This document shows positions 26,160 to 37,060 of a DNA stretch of 64,000 nucleotides, piece by piece (positions within the stretch are counted from its first letter, which is position 1; every line of letters starts with the position of its first letter). The notes beneath the pieces were generated by a model. That model was not told the origin of the DNA. It made no database searches and saw only the letters and a program-made list of their open reading frames with translations. This stretch comes from Epiperipatus broadwayi. Taxonomy: Eukaryota; Animalia; Onychophora. A program made the position numbers and the translations under genes. Location of the stretch: positions 17,484,001 to 17,548,000 of the forward strand of contig JAQFVV010000007.1 in the NCBI GenBank assembly GCA_028023455.1, read 5' to 3'.

Positions 26160-26575
26160 CAACTTGGCCTTGATAATAACTTGGTAACTGATGACATATA
26201 AGCATAAGGGCTATTGGTGACATAATTTAAGACTATTAACCAGTTAGCTTCTGGCACTTGAAATTTATTATTTTTAAAAGGATTGGAGAGCATTTTATTT
26301 GGAAGGCTGTAAAAAGAATTATTATTAATCTACTTGCAAATAGTTTATCTTTTCTGGCTAAATTGAAGTTAATTATTTTTTGCAAAATTCATTATTCACA
26401 CTTATCACGTAAGTAAAGAATGCAGGCATTGGTAGAATGTGAATTTCCTTTTCTTAGTTATTCATGGATTTGCCTTAACAATGGATTCATGATTGGTAAT
26501 GCATATGCATAAGGACTGTGGTAACCTAATATAGGTATATTGACCAGTAAGTTTTTGGCACTCATGATTTTAACA
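26160..26575. repeat. Degenerate tandem duplication, period ~305 bp
   Basis: CATAT(AA)GCATAAGG.CT..TGGT.AC.TAAT...TATT.ACCAGT.AG.TT.TGGCACT at ~26195 and ~26502. Confidence 0.6.
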
Positions 26576-26817
26576 TATATAAATGCACTCACTAAAAACT
26601 CATCAATTTTTTTCTTAACATTTTGTTTCTTCCTTCCCAGTAAAAGGATTAAATGATATATGTAGATATATGCAAAGTTTTTTAATATATTGGGAAATTG
26701 TAATATTAATTATTAGAGTATGATGATTAGGTAACAGTGCTTGAGTGCTTGTATGACATTTCTAATTCACCACTATGCTAAAAGTGTGAATATTTAAGTA
26801 AGGAAATTTAAAGGCAT

Positions 26818-26855
26818 GGTGTATCCCCGTAAAACAGGTGTATCCCCATAAAACA
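26818..26855. repeat. 19-bp tandem duplication
   Basis: GGTGTATCCCC(G/A)TAAAACA x2. Confidence 0.85.
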
Positions 26856-26999
26856 GTGGTTGATAGGAAATATGTATATTTATTTTTATCATTGGTTACC
26901 AAAATAGTCTCCTTACAATTCAATACACTGTTAGAAATGAAAGTAAAACTATTTGGAGAAGTCCTTAATAGTTTGTTATTTTAGATATAACTGGATATA

Positions 27000-27340
27000 A
27001 ATCATCTTCCTTGATTTCCCTGATATCATAACATCTTGAAAATCATCTTATTGACTCATAGCTTCACTGCCACACACATTTTAAATTATTTCAAATGTTT
27101 TGGTAACAGTTTAGACCAATTTAAAACAAATTAACATCAGAGCATTGTTTCATTGCTGATTATGATACAAAACATACTGTCATATTTCATGCCATAACTT
27201 GTAATTCAGATATTCTAGTGCCTGAGAATTTTCATAGCAATAGCTAAAATGTTACTACATAACACATGTACTGATGCAGAAATGGCATTATAGGAAACTT
27301 GGAGAAAGACCCAGCCATCTTTCCACTAGGATAATCTGTG
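27000..27340 (+). repeat. Family F dispersed repeat copy
   Basis: Homologous blocks CTTCACTGCC.CAC, CCAATTTAAAACAAA, GCATTGTTTCAT, AACTTGGAGA. Confidence 0.55.
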
Positions 27341-28004
27341 TATAAATACAATTAACTATGGGATTAGTACTCATAAAAATATGTTACCAGTAGTAAGTAT
27401 TTCATTATATTTCAATTATGTTTTTTTAATATCAGACCTACTCTGTTCCAAATTGCCCACATTCTGATACTGTATTTTTGAGCTCAGCCTAAATAGATAC
27501 CTGTTTAGAAAAACAGACTTGAAATAATCCCACCTCAGGGCAAAAGTCTTCTGTGTAAAGTGAAAAAGAAACAGTATTCACTAGGCTTCTAGTTTGGTAA
27601 TGAGAATTTGGGTAGATATCTATTACTGTTTCACACAAAATTATTAAGAGTAATGTGATACTGATAAACCACTAAACACCACATGATCACTATTTCACTG
27701 TATGGATAGTTTTTCCTGTTTTGATACTGATAAACTGACTAATATTGGATGATTATCTCAGCAGGCATTGGAAATGCTACTTGAAAAAAAAATCTAAATC
27801 TCATAAAAGTAAAAATTCAAGTTTTATATGGATAGAATCCCAAGTTAGATTGTTGTTAATGGTTGACAAATGCATTTCTCTTATTACATTATGATGTCTT
27901 TGACATTCTGTGACTGAGACCATTTTCTTATAATTCTGGTTAAATTTTAAAAAAATTAAGCTCACTTAATACTTTTTTAAATACCTTAATAGGCAATTTT
28001 ATTC

Positions 28005-28594
28005 CAAACAGTAGGCTTACAACTCGTAATCATCATTCCCTATGTCTACACAAGCTGTTAAAACATTAGAAAATTCTTTATATAGTAGTGCTATCTAGTG
28101 AAAGCCTTAATAATCAACAGATGCCAGAACATTTCTACATAAAATCTTTATCTAGTGCCTATTCATCCACTATCCCCAGATGAGTTTCTAGCTTGTGGCT
28201 TTCAACATTAAGGAGCCTTGGATCTGAGAGCATACCACTTAGATCTTATGATTTATTGCAACTCTCCAGATTTTCCTATGCCTACACAAGTTGTTAATAA
28301 TAATAATAGCAAACTCTCCACACAGTAGTGCCACCCAATGCAAGACTTAGTAATCAATGGATGCAGGAAGATTTATGCATAAAATCTCTATATAGTGCCT
28401 ACTCATCCTATATCCCCAGACTAGTTTCTAGCTTGTGTCTTTCATTATATTAAATGTGCTTTTTAAAGAAGCATAGGAAAGGGTGATCATATGCTGTTTT
28501 GGTGGTTTTATATCATTCCTGCTTATGGGATAATGATGACTGTGATTTTTTAAAAACCAAAAAGACCAAAATATACAGATGCTGAACTGAGTTC

Positions 28595-28678
<84 letters not shown>

Positions 28679-29385
28679 CTATGCAAGTGAATAAGCTTGA
28701 AGTGAAAACATTAATGTGTTTTCATCTTGAGCTCCTAGATTTATAGTTAACTAAATTAGATAAAAGGTTGCTGATGGATGAATCCATTAGATCCTAAGAT
28801 CTAGGTACAGTGCTCTCAAAATGAAGGCTCCTCACTTATGAAAGCCACAAGTTAAAAACTAGTCTGAGGATATTGGATGAGTAGGCATTAGATAGAGATT
28901 TTATGCATAAAACTTCTTGCATCCATTGATTAGTAAGACTTAAAGTGTGTGGTACTACTATATGGAGAGTTTGCTCTGATTTAACAGCTTATGTCAGTAT
29001 AGGAAATGAAGGTCATGTGTCAGTAGTTTAATATCATTTCAGCTTATTGAATGATGGTGACTATGTTTATTAAAGAAACAAATGTACCAAAATGTATAGA
29101 TGCTGAACTGGGTTATGATCTATATGGATATACAAGTGAATGAGTTGGATTGAAAACATTACTGTGTTTTCTTCTTGGGCTCATAGTTTTACAGTTAACT
29201 AAATAGGTAAAAGGTGATTTCTGAAGAATTGCATTGTATCCTAAAATCTTGATGCAGTGCTCTCAAATCCAAGGCTCATCATTGATGAAAGCTACAAGCT
29301 AAAAACTAGTCTGGGGATATTAGAGAGTAGTAGATAGGGATTTTATATACAAACCTTCTTGCATCCATTGATTACAGGTTCATAT
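28005..29385. mobile_element. Family A cluster: two partial tandem copies on minus (28005-28445), then two tandem copies on plus (28445-29385; unit ~450 bp)
   Basis: ACTAGTCTG(A/G)GGA at ~28859 and ~29306 (spacing ~447). TGCTGAACTG at ~28580 and 29101 (spacing inflated by an internal TA run). Four hammerhead-like remnants. Confidence 0.85.
28597..28677. repeat. (AT)n microsatellite inside a family A unit
   Basis: Pure AT dinucleotide run. Confidence 0.95.
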
Positions 29386-30353
29386 ATATTATGTATTTTT
29401 TTGAAGAAGCTTATTATGTACATTTGCATTAAAAGATGTACTAAATTTTAAAAGTAAATATCAAATTGCCTATTATTTAAATATTTAGCATATGGAAATT
29501 TCTTAGACAACTTAACTACTAACAAGCTCTCACAAGGGAACTTAATAGAGATTCCAATCAGGAGTTTTGATTCTACTATTGTAGCTATATATTTGACAGT
29601 CATTAATTGTAAAAAGAAATTATTAAACTCAGGTGCTTACTATACATATATATAATTTTAATGCGCAAATATGCGCACAACAACCGAGCTTCATCAGGAT
29701 TAAATAACAATATATTATAAACTTAAAATAATTATAATATCTAAAGAATAATGCCCCAGCGCTTTCAAGAGAACTTAGCTCTCATAATCTTGGGCAACAA
29801 AGAATAAGCATAGCGTGTTGGTGTATGCTAAACTATGCTGATATATGTAAATTAGTTGAAAATAAATGCGTCAGCTCTAAATGATCCATTTCTTAGAGAT
29901 TTTGTAACACGCATCTTTCCTATTCATAGCCTTATCATCAATAGCAATAAAGCATGCTTCTTTAACTTTTCTCTTAATGTCATTTCTCTCCCTGCAAACT
30001 ATTCTTGCATTTTTAGGTTCACATGCATGACCAGCTGATTTCTGATGTATTGCAAATATTGAGTTGCAATTTGGGTCTACCTGGGCCTTATTGTAAGAAT
30101 ATCTGTGCTGGGATAGTCTTGTTGAAAGAATTGCTTTCGTTTCCCCATAGTATGATGCCATGCAGTTATTTTCTGGACATGAAATATTATATACGGCCTG
30201 AGAGGTGTTGTTGGGTGTTATAATGTCTTTGGTGTTATTAATAATTCTATTTGTATTAGGGGGTGTATGAAAGCTTAGTTGAAATTCTTTATTAAACACT
30301 GAGTAAAACTTTCTATGGGTAGTTGCAATATATGGTAACAAAATTCTATTTTT

Positions 30354-31316
30354 TATTTTGAAAAAAGTATTATTCCTAAATATGAACAAACACTTAAGTT
30401 AATTGTATACACAAGATACGTTGATGACCTTTTCATCGCTGCTACTGAAGAAATTATAGATAAAATTAAACAGGACATACAAGACATTACGCAGCTGAAG
30501 CTAAACACAGAAATGGAAGATTGTGAAGGGAAAACTAAATACTTGGATATGTATGTGCAAAGAGAGGATCAAAGACTAAATTATACAATGATTATAAAAC
30601 CAATAGAAAAAAGAGGCAATATTCAACCTACTTCAAACACGCCTTCTATTCATAAATTAGCTGATTTAACATCTTTCTTGCATAGGAATGAGCAACTTTG
30701 CAGATTTGAATCGGACAAAAGGGCAAACTTAATCTTATATAGAAATGATTTATTAGATATCGGCTTCAAGCATTACACAATTGATAGGAAGATTAGACAA
30801 TTTTACAGTAAATTAAACAGCAATGTTATTAAGCAGCAGAAAAATAGAATTTTGTTACCATATATTGCAATTACCCATAGAAAGTTTTACTCAGTGTTTA
30901 ATAAAGAATTTCAACTAAGCTTTTATACACCCCCTAATACAAATAGAATTATTAATAACACCAAAGACATTATAACACCCAACAACACCTCTCAGGCCGT
31001 ATATAATATTTCATGTCCAGAAAATAACTGCATGGCATCATACTATGGGGAAACGAAAGCAATTCTTTCAACAAGACTATCCCAGCACAGATATTCTTAC
31101 AATAAGGCCCAGGTAGACCCAAATTGCAACTCAATATTTGCAATACATCAGAAATCAGCTGGTCATGCATGTGAACCTAAAAATGCAAGAATAGTTTGCA
31201 GGGAGAGAAATGACATTAAGAGAAAAGTTAAAGAAGCATGCTTTATTGCTATTGATGATAAGGCTATGAATAGGAAAGATGCGTGTTACAAAATCTCTAA
31301 GAAATGGATCATTTAG
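30354..31316 (+). pseudogene. PLE RT C-terminal half plus GIY-YIG endonuclease (open frame, 5'-truncated)
   Basis: The frame extends upstream of the listed ORF: ..YTRYVDDLFIA..KYLDMYV..; AVYNISCPENNCMASYYGETKAILSTRLSQH; KRKVKEACFI. Confidence 0.9.
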
Positions 31317-31396
31317 AGCTGACGCATTTATTTTCAACTAATTTACATATATCAGCATAGTTTAGCATATACCAACACGCTATGCTTATTCTTTGT

Positions 31397-31441
31397 TGCC
31401 CATGATTATGAGAGCTAAGTTCTCTTGAAAGCGCTCGGGCA
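31397..31441 (+). ncRNA. Minimal hammerhead motif with an A3-U8 core variant at the PLE1 3' end
   Basis: TGCCC-ATGATTA-T-GAGAG-CTAAGTT-CTCTT-GAAA-GCGC-TC-GGGCA: perfect 5-bp stem I, 5-bp stem II (one G-U), palindromic AGCGCT stem III, CUC triplet. Confidence 0.65.
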
Positions 31442-32168
31442 TTATTCTTTAGATATTATAATTATTTTAAGTTTATAATATATTGTTATTTAATCCTGAT
31501 GAAGCTCAGTTGTTGTGCGCGTATTTGTGCATTAAAATTATATATAGTCATTAATTTTGTGGTTGAAGCTATGGTAAATTCCATTAGTGAAGCAGATGAG
31601 TTCAGTGATCATGGATTGTCTTGAATCTTATGACAAGACTTCAAGGACAAATCCAGATAGCCTTATTGTTGTATTTTAAAAAAGAAATTTATTTAAGAGT
31701 CTCATAAAAATTCAATTTTCTATGCCATAAAAGTTGTAGATTCTTATTTGATATTGTTTAAGTCTTAGGTAGTGAATCTATATCTTGAGTTATTCATAAC
31801 TTTGATCTATTTAATATTTTCTGCAAGGTGAACTCTTCTGATGCCTGGTTGAGAAGATGTGAAAGAATAGAAATTTACTACAAAGGAATACACTTGAATG
31901 TGGTTCTTATAGCAATATTTGATAAGGTATTCAGAAGTTTTCTATGGGAACTTTTTCTCCAAACAGAAGCACAATATTCACCAGCTAAATACTCTAGCAC
32001 TAAAATAGCTGTCCAAAATATTTGCATCGCAACCTCAAATAGTGGCAGCCAACTCTCCAAGAAGGTTATTCCTAGAAATTAATTTTGATCTAACATTAGA
32101 AAAATTAAAAATATATGTTACATTATGGTATGATCCAAGATTATTCCAAATAACACTGGGTAGGGTTT

Positions 32169-32350
32169 TGTTTCAGTCTACTATTGTAAAAAGTTATATT
32201 CAGATTAAAAGATGTTTTATGGGACAGAATTGTATTTCAGTTTATTATTTCAAAAAGTTATACTCAGATTACAAGATGTTTTCTGGTGCAGAATTATGTT
32301 TCAATCTACAATTATAAAAGATTATATTAAGATTACAAGATGTTTTCCTA
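32169..32350. repeat. ~63-bp degenerate tandem repeat x3
   Basis: T(G/A)TTTCA.T.TA..ATT..AAAA.TTATA.T.AGATTA.AAGATGTTTT repeated three times. Confidence 0.8.
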
Positions 32351-32746
32351 TAGTTTAGATAGCATATTGTCTTCGTTGGATTAAGAATAAGAGATCTGTT
32401 CTTTGAAAAATATTTTCAATGTTATAATTTTATTGAAAGTTGAAAAAATATCTCTGGAGAAGTTTAAGCAATAACATCTGTATGGATGAATTTCCTACAC
32501 TATTTTCTAAAAGATAAACTTTCATATCTCCGAAATTTGAATTTTACTATTGGAAAGCATTTCATTAAGAAAATTAATAGTTTTGCTGCTTTTAAGAAGT
32601 CAAAAAAACTTTTAGAAGATCATTTTTTAAAACAGAATCAAAAAATTAGCCCAATAAAGGTATCATCAAATTATACTTTATTTTAAAAGTCTTCCTCAGT
32701 TTGAGGAGTTAAAGATAAAAATTTGTTCATGATTTAAACCCAGATT

Positions 32747-32820
32747 ACTCTATAGCCAGATGAATCTCAACTATTAACTAAATACTCTATAGCCAGATGA
32801 ATCTCAACTATTAGCTAAAT
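32747..32820. repeat. 37-bp tandem duplication
   Basis: ACTCTATAGCCAGATGAATCTCAACTATTA(A/G)CTAAAT x2. Confidence 0.9.
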
Positions 32821-32975
32821 TTTTGTTAATATTATTCTTTCAAAAAGCTTGAAATGAACACATTTTTTGGATCATTGCTGGATTTGTTTGGTCTGAAACT
32901 GCTATAGTTTTTCTTGTTTGCCAAATTTTTGGAATATTTTCTGTATAAATAATATTCTTTATGAAGTATTATAAC

Positions 32976-33210
32976 TTTATTTTTCTTATTGCGTTGTTAA
33001 ATCCATATAATATTAATATCATCTATACTCTTTATTAATTTCTACAATGGTTTTTTACAATCCACTATTGACAGTTTCGATTGCTCTAGCAATCTTCTTC
33101 AGAACTTCTGCTTATATTTCCAAATCAAAACTGTCAATAGTGGGTTGTAAAAAAGAATTGTGAAAGGTAATAAAGAACATAGATGATATTAATATTATAA
33201 ATAATATTAC
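32976..33210 (-). mobile_element. Family E PLE-terminus-like repeat with hammerhead-like motif and partial inverted copy, inserted in the LINE
   Basis: Minus 33102-33070 reads CTGAAGA-A-GATTGC-TAGA-GCAATC-GAAA-CTG-TC. An inverted partial copy lies at 33127-33200. Homologous to 61073-61280. Confidence 0.7.
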
Positions 33211-34882
33211 TGAATAATTCTGTTGACCATGTTTTGGCTTAAGATCTTACGTTTTTTGTAAACTCTGGAAATATGCTTTACGGTAATGTAGCTATTTCTG
33301 GTTTAACATAATCCAAGTCAAGTTTATCAACATGTATTGTTTTTATCAGACTGACATTAAAGGAACATTATGAAAAATAAGCTTGTAATTGTGCCCCAAT
33401 GATGTTTTTGTTCATTCTATCAATCTCAAGTTTAGAAGTCTGATATATAAAATTGCCAACTTGATTGGCAGATACAATAGTAGTTCTTTTAAATTTATTT
33501 TTACATCAACCAAGATTATATAAAAGTGATCAGGCCTTATGACTAAATGTTGTAAAGTTTTTTTTTTTATATGTCAAATGCATTGGCCACCAATGCTTGA
33601 CAAAATGTTGTAAAGTTTTGTTTCTCCATAATGCAGAATGTATACATTTATCAGCAATTTCTGGATCCTTGGTTTACAAAAATTGGCTATAAAAATCACT
33701 ACTGATTTTATTCTAACCTGAGGTGGATTACTTTTGATAGTCATGAAAAGCAAACTCTGGAAGTTGTTATTATGGGTTGGTTAAAGTTTTTCTAAAAAGA
33801 GGGTATTGAAAAGATTTTATTAGTATTCTTTCCAGATAAATGTGGATTCCAAAATGATTAGACTTGGTTTATATTTGTAAAAGGAAATGATTTAATATCA
33901 GTAGTTCAACATGTAATGATAAACCTTTTTTTTTTTTGTCAAAATAGATGTAATTAGGAACTTCTGTTCCCCTTCTGCTTGAATGAAACATGCTTTCTTT
34001 TTAGCATTATAAAGAAAGTGAATGTTCAAATCCATTCATTCTAAAAGTTGATGATCTGTTTGAACCTCATTTATATATCTCCCAAGAGATTGTCAGAATT
34101 AAAATCTCCTATAAGTACAGAAGTTGTTGGAAAATCTGAAAGAGAAGAGTTATATTAAGATATTTATAAACATTGCATATTTAATAAATATCTATTTGAA
34201 TGGTGATTGTAAAATCGTCTGAGCTATCTTCAAGAAATGCTTATTTAAAGGATGAATAAATATTACTAATTTCAACAACATGCAAATAATGTCTACTACT
34301 GCTTAAATATGTAAAGTGTAGAAATATAATCATGTCATTTTAATAAGTTACTGAAGTATCCAACCATGTTTAGAATGCATTTCATCAGTAATCAATATAA
34401 TTCAAGGAATTTCAAGAAGATATGGATTATTTGAAAGATGTTGTCTCCTAGAGTAAAATTATCTATACAATCAATTAATTTGTGGAGGGTTTCAATTTTT
34501 AATTTTGATATACTCTCAATCATAAGTTATAATATTTTTATTGTTCTTTGATGAATAGAAGATGGTTCTGGAGAGGGTATATCTGACACTTGGGATGTTT
34601 CATAGTTGTGAACACAGTACAGTTATATTTTGTTTCAAGAGTCTAGGACCTTCACTTCTGTAGTTTTGTCATGGCTATCCCCTATAACATCACTGGAGTT
34701 CACACTAACAGCTTTATGGTGTATTTTCATAATTTGCTTATTATAACTGAGAGCTCAAGATGAAGTCTGATTTTATGTAAAGACTATTCTTTTCACTAGT
34801 TACAGGATGGGTCATAGAAAAGATCTCATTCATCCATTCCATCAAATTATTTGAAAAAACATGATTTTATAATGAGCGATGC

Positions 34883-35151
34883 ATTGATAAATGCCATAAA
34901 AGAAAGCATTTAAAAATCTCTTATCTAGAAAATTATCCCCAATCCTCAGACCACTGGTTTCATGCTTTGGCAGTCCTCAGTGAGGCGCTAGAATAATTTC
35001 AGACACTAGAGTTGGTATTTTTAGATCTAGTGTCTGAAATTATCCTAGCGCCTCACTAAGGATTGCCAGATCATGAAATCAGTGGTCTGAGGACTGGGGA
35101 TAATTTCTAGATAGAGATTTTTAAATGCTTTCTTTTGTAGCATTTATCAAT
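34883..35151. mobile_element. Family B palindrome (~128-bp arms, 15-nt spacer) with a hammerhead motif in each arm
   Basis: Minus 34985-34943 reads CCTCA-CTGAGGA-C-TGC-CAAA-GCA-T-GAAA-CCAGTGG-TC-TGAGGA. The plus mirror at 35051-35092 has CTAAGGA. Confidence 0.8.
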
Positions 35152-35499
35152 AAAGCTTGTTAAAGCAATTAGCACCGCTCATTATTTTTATTTACAAGCT
35201 TAAAATTTGGGTCATGTAATGTATGACTTTATTTTATTTAGTATTGTCATGATATTATATTGCTCAAAGCATTTGGGTTCATGTTAACATTGTTTTCCCT
35301 AAAAGCACTACCATTTCAACTTTCACTAATGTTTGCAAATGTTACACCACTTGTAAGACAACTGTCCCCTCCTCCACCAATATAATTAGTATATATTATT
35401 TTTCTTGAAATATTTTTTTAACTGTTTATTTTACACAGAGCCATCTATCAAGAGAATATATAAGCTCACGACAGACCAAATAAATATATTATTATAGAT

Positions 35500-36620
35500 T
35501 CAAAGTATGATTATTATTATTCTGTTTATATATCACATATACGGCTACCCACGCCGACGATACTAAAATAGCATATAAATATAGTGTGCTCAATATTTCT
35601 TTACACTATTTTTTGTATGTGAGACTTCTTAAAGTCGGCGTATGTGATTTCCAGTTTTTTTTTTAAAAAAATGGCAATCGCCCATTCTTACATGTATTTA
35701 TATATGAAAAACATATAAAATGCGTGCGCGTGTGTGGATGTTCCGCACAAAGGATTTTCAGTTAAATAAAAATTATTTTGCAAACGCCTTCTTACACTAA
35801 CAATTCCTATCGTAATTATTTCATAAATAATTTATTTTCTTTGCAAACAAAAAAAAAAAACATCTTATGAAGTATTTAACGGTCGGCGGTTCGCTACATC
35901 CCACTTCTACTTTTAGGAAATAAATCCACGTTCACCTTTTTTTTTTGTACAGTACTGTGGAGAAAAAATTCAATTTAACTATTAGTCTCACGTGACTAAG
36001 TCGCTTTCTCAGTAATTTTATTTATATAACATCGATTATTTAAATTTAATCGTTGTATAAATATTTAATGAGAAGAATTTAGCGATCAACAAAATAGATT
36101 AATAAATTTTGACTTTTTTTTTTTTTTTTGCAGGTGGTAATATTTTTATACGTTTTAACATTTATTTTAGGCGTAGCATTATAAAACCGTAAGTTTCGTT
36201 TTGAAGGGGTGGGTGGGTATCTGAAATTAGCTAATAACGAAGGCAATTAAGGAACTTGGGCGGAGGAGTATCCACTGTAGTTTATCCTCCATCTAAAAAG
36301 CCGACTATAGGATTTGACGTCAGGTTGCTTAGCAACGCCGAATCGTCTCGGAATCTAGGTACAAAACGCCAAGAGCGGGTTCGTGTAAGCGGTAATTATT
36401 GATTTTGCCGCAGTTGTTCTGACGTCCTTCAAGCGTAATTTATTCCGCGGAGGATTTTTTCTTTTTTTTTTTGTGGGTATCTTCAAATGTTTTCTACTTG
36501 TATATAGTGGCGCCTAACTATATATTTTAATTTTTGCGGGGAAAAAAAGAAAGAAAAGAAAGACCCGTTTCTTTATTCTCTCGGTAGTAAAGCGCACGCA
36601 CACACACACATATATGACTC
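35500..36620. promoter_or_regulatory. CpG-richer promoter-like region
   Basis: CpG density is visibly higher than in the flanks. E-box TCACGTGAC 35988-35996, CRE TGACGTCA 36315-36322, RFX X-box-like GTTGCTTAGCAAC 36324-36336. The associated gene was not identified. Confidence 0.6.
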
Positions 36621-36989
36621 AAATTAGACTGAAATATAATACTTAAAACTCAAACGATAAATACTCACAGATATTTATTAATAAATAGAAAAAGCATTTT
36701 TCTCAAACAACTCAAGTGCTTCTGCATAAGTTAAATATTATACTTTGAATTACACAATAATATGCGTACAAGAATTTTAAGTTTGTCATTTAGTTACTAC
36801 TTTTCTGGTGAGGTGGATTATTATTGTTTGAACACAATATCTCATTGTTAGAAGAATCGTTGGAGTCAACAAGCATCTATCTCATCGTAATTTTTTTTAT
36901 TTACTTATTCGCCTGTTTTTGTTGTAAGGTAGATTGAGACAATAATCTTATAAAGCAGCAACCGTTGTGAGTAATTTGACACTACTGTT

Positions 36990-37060
36990 TGCCCTACATA
37001 GTTTAGTACAGGTGATCTTTGGAGTGTAAGATCTTGACAGATTCGAGTTCTGGCACTTTG
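36990..37060 (+). mobile_element. Possible tRNA-derived SINE head (related copy on minus at ~60570-60640)
   Basis: GGAGTGTAAGATC..GATTCGAGTTC with a B-box-like motif; similar GGAATGTAAGATCC..GATTCTAGTTCCGG on the minus strand near 60.6 kb. Confidence 0.3.

Larger units (their letters stand above)
29646..31546. mobile_element. Penelope-like element 1: 5'-truncated plus copy preceded by an inverted ~707-bp copy of its own 3' end
   Basis: 29646-30353 is the near-identical reverse complement of 30840-31546. ORFs 29877-30389(-) and 30513-31316(+) share the GIY-YIG translation. Confidence 0.95.
31600..34500 (-). mobile_element. Decayed APE-RT LINE (I/Nimb/Jockey-group-like ORF2)
   Basis: Minus-strand motifs in order: L*ET (~34450), VLIGDFNS (~34100), SNHFGI (~33860), GPD (~33540), SFRPNKS (~32895), FDD (~32670), ILNPTKT (~32380), LGITF..EYCASVW (~32070-31960). 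Confidence 0.65.

Noticed and set aside
26188-26230. CTGATGA in the 26-kb doublet
   Set aside because: No stem II-GAAA arrangement follows, and it is absent from the second copy.
29856-31337. Duplicated ORFs 29856-30038/31155-31337 and 30023-30223/30970-31170 as a gene pair
   Set aside because: They are antisense frames of the PLE1 endonuclease, duplicated by the inverted repeat.
31496-31525. Second CTGATGA box at the PLE1 extreme end
   Set aside because: No GAAA box follows in either arm, so it was not called as a hammerhead. It may be a truncated or degenerate second motif.
32169-32820. Short tandem repeats as a CRISPR array
   Set aside because: Eukaryotic context, contiguous repeats without unique spacers, no cas genes.
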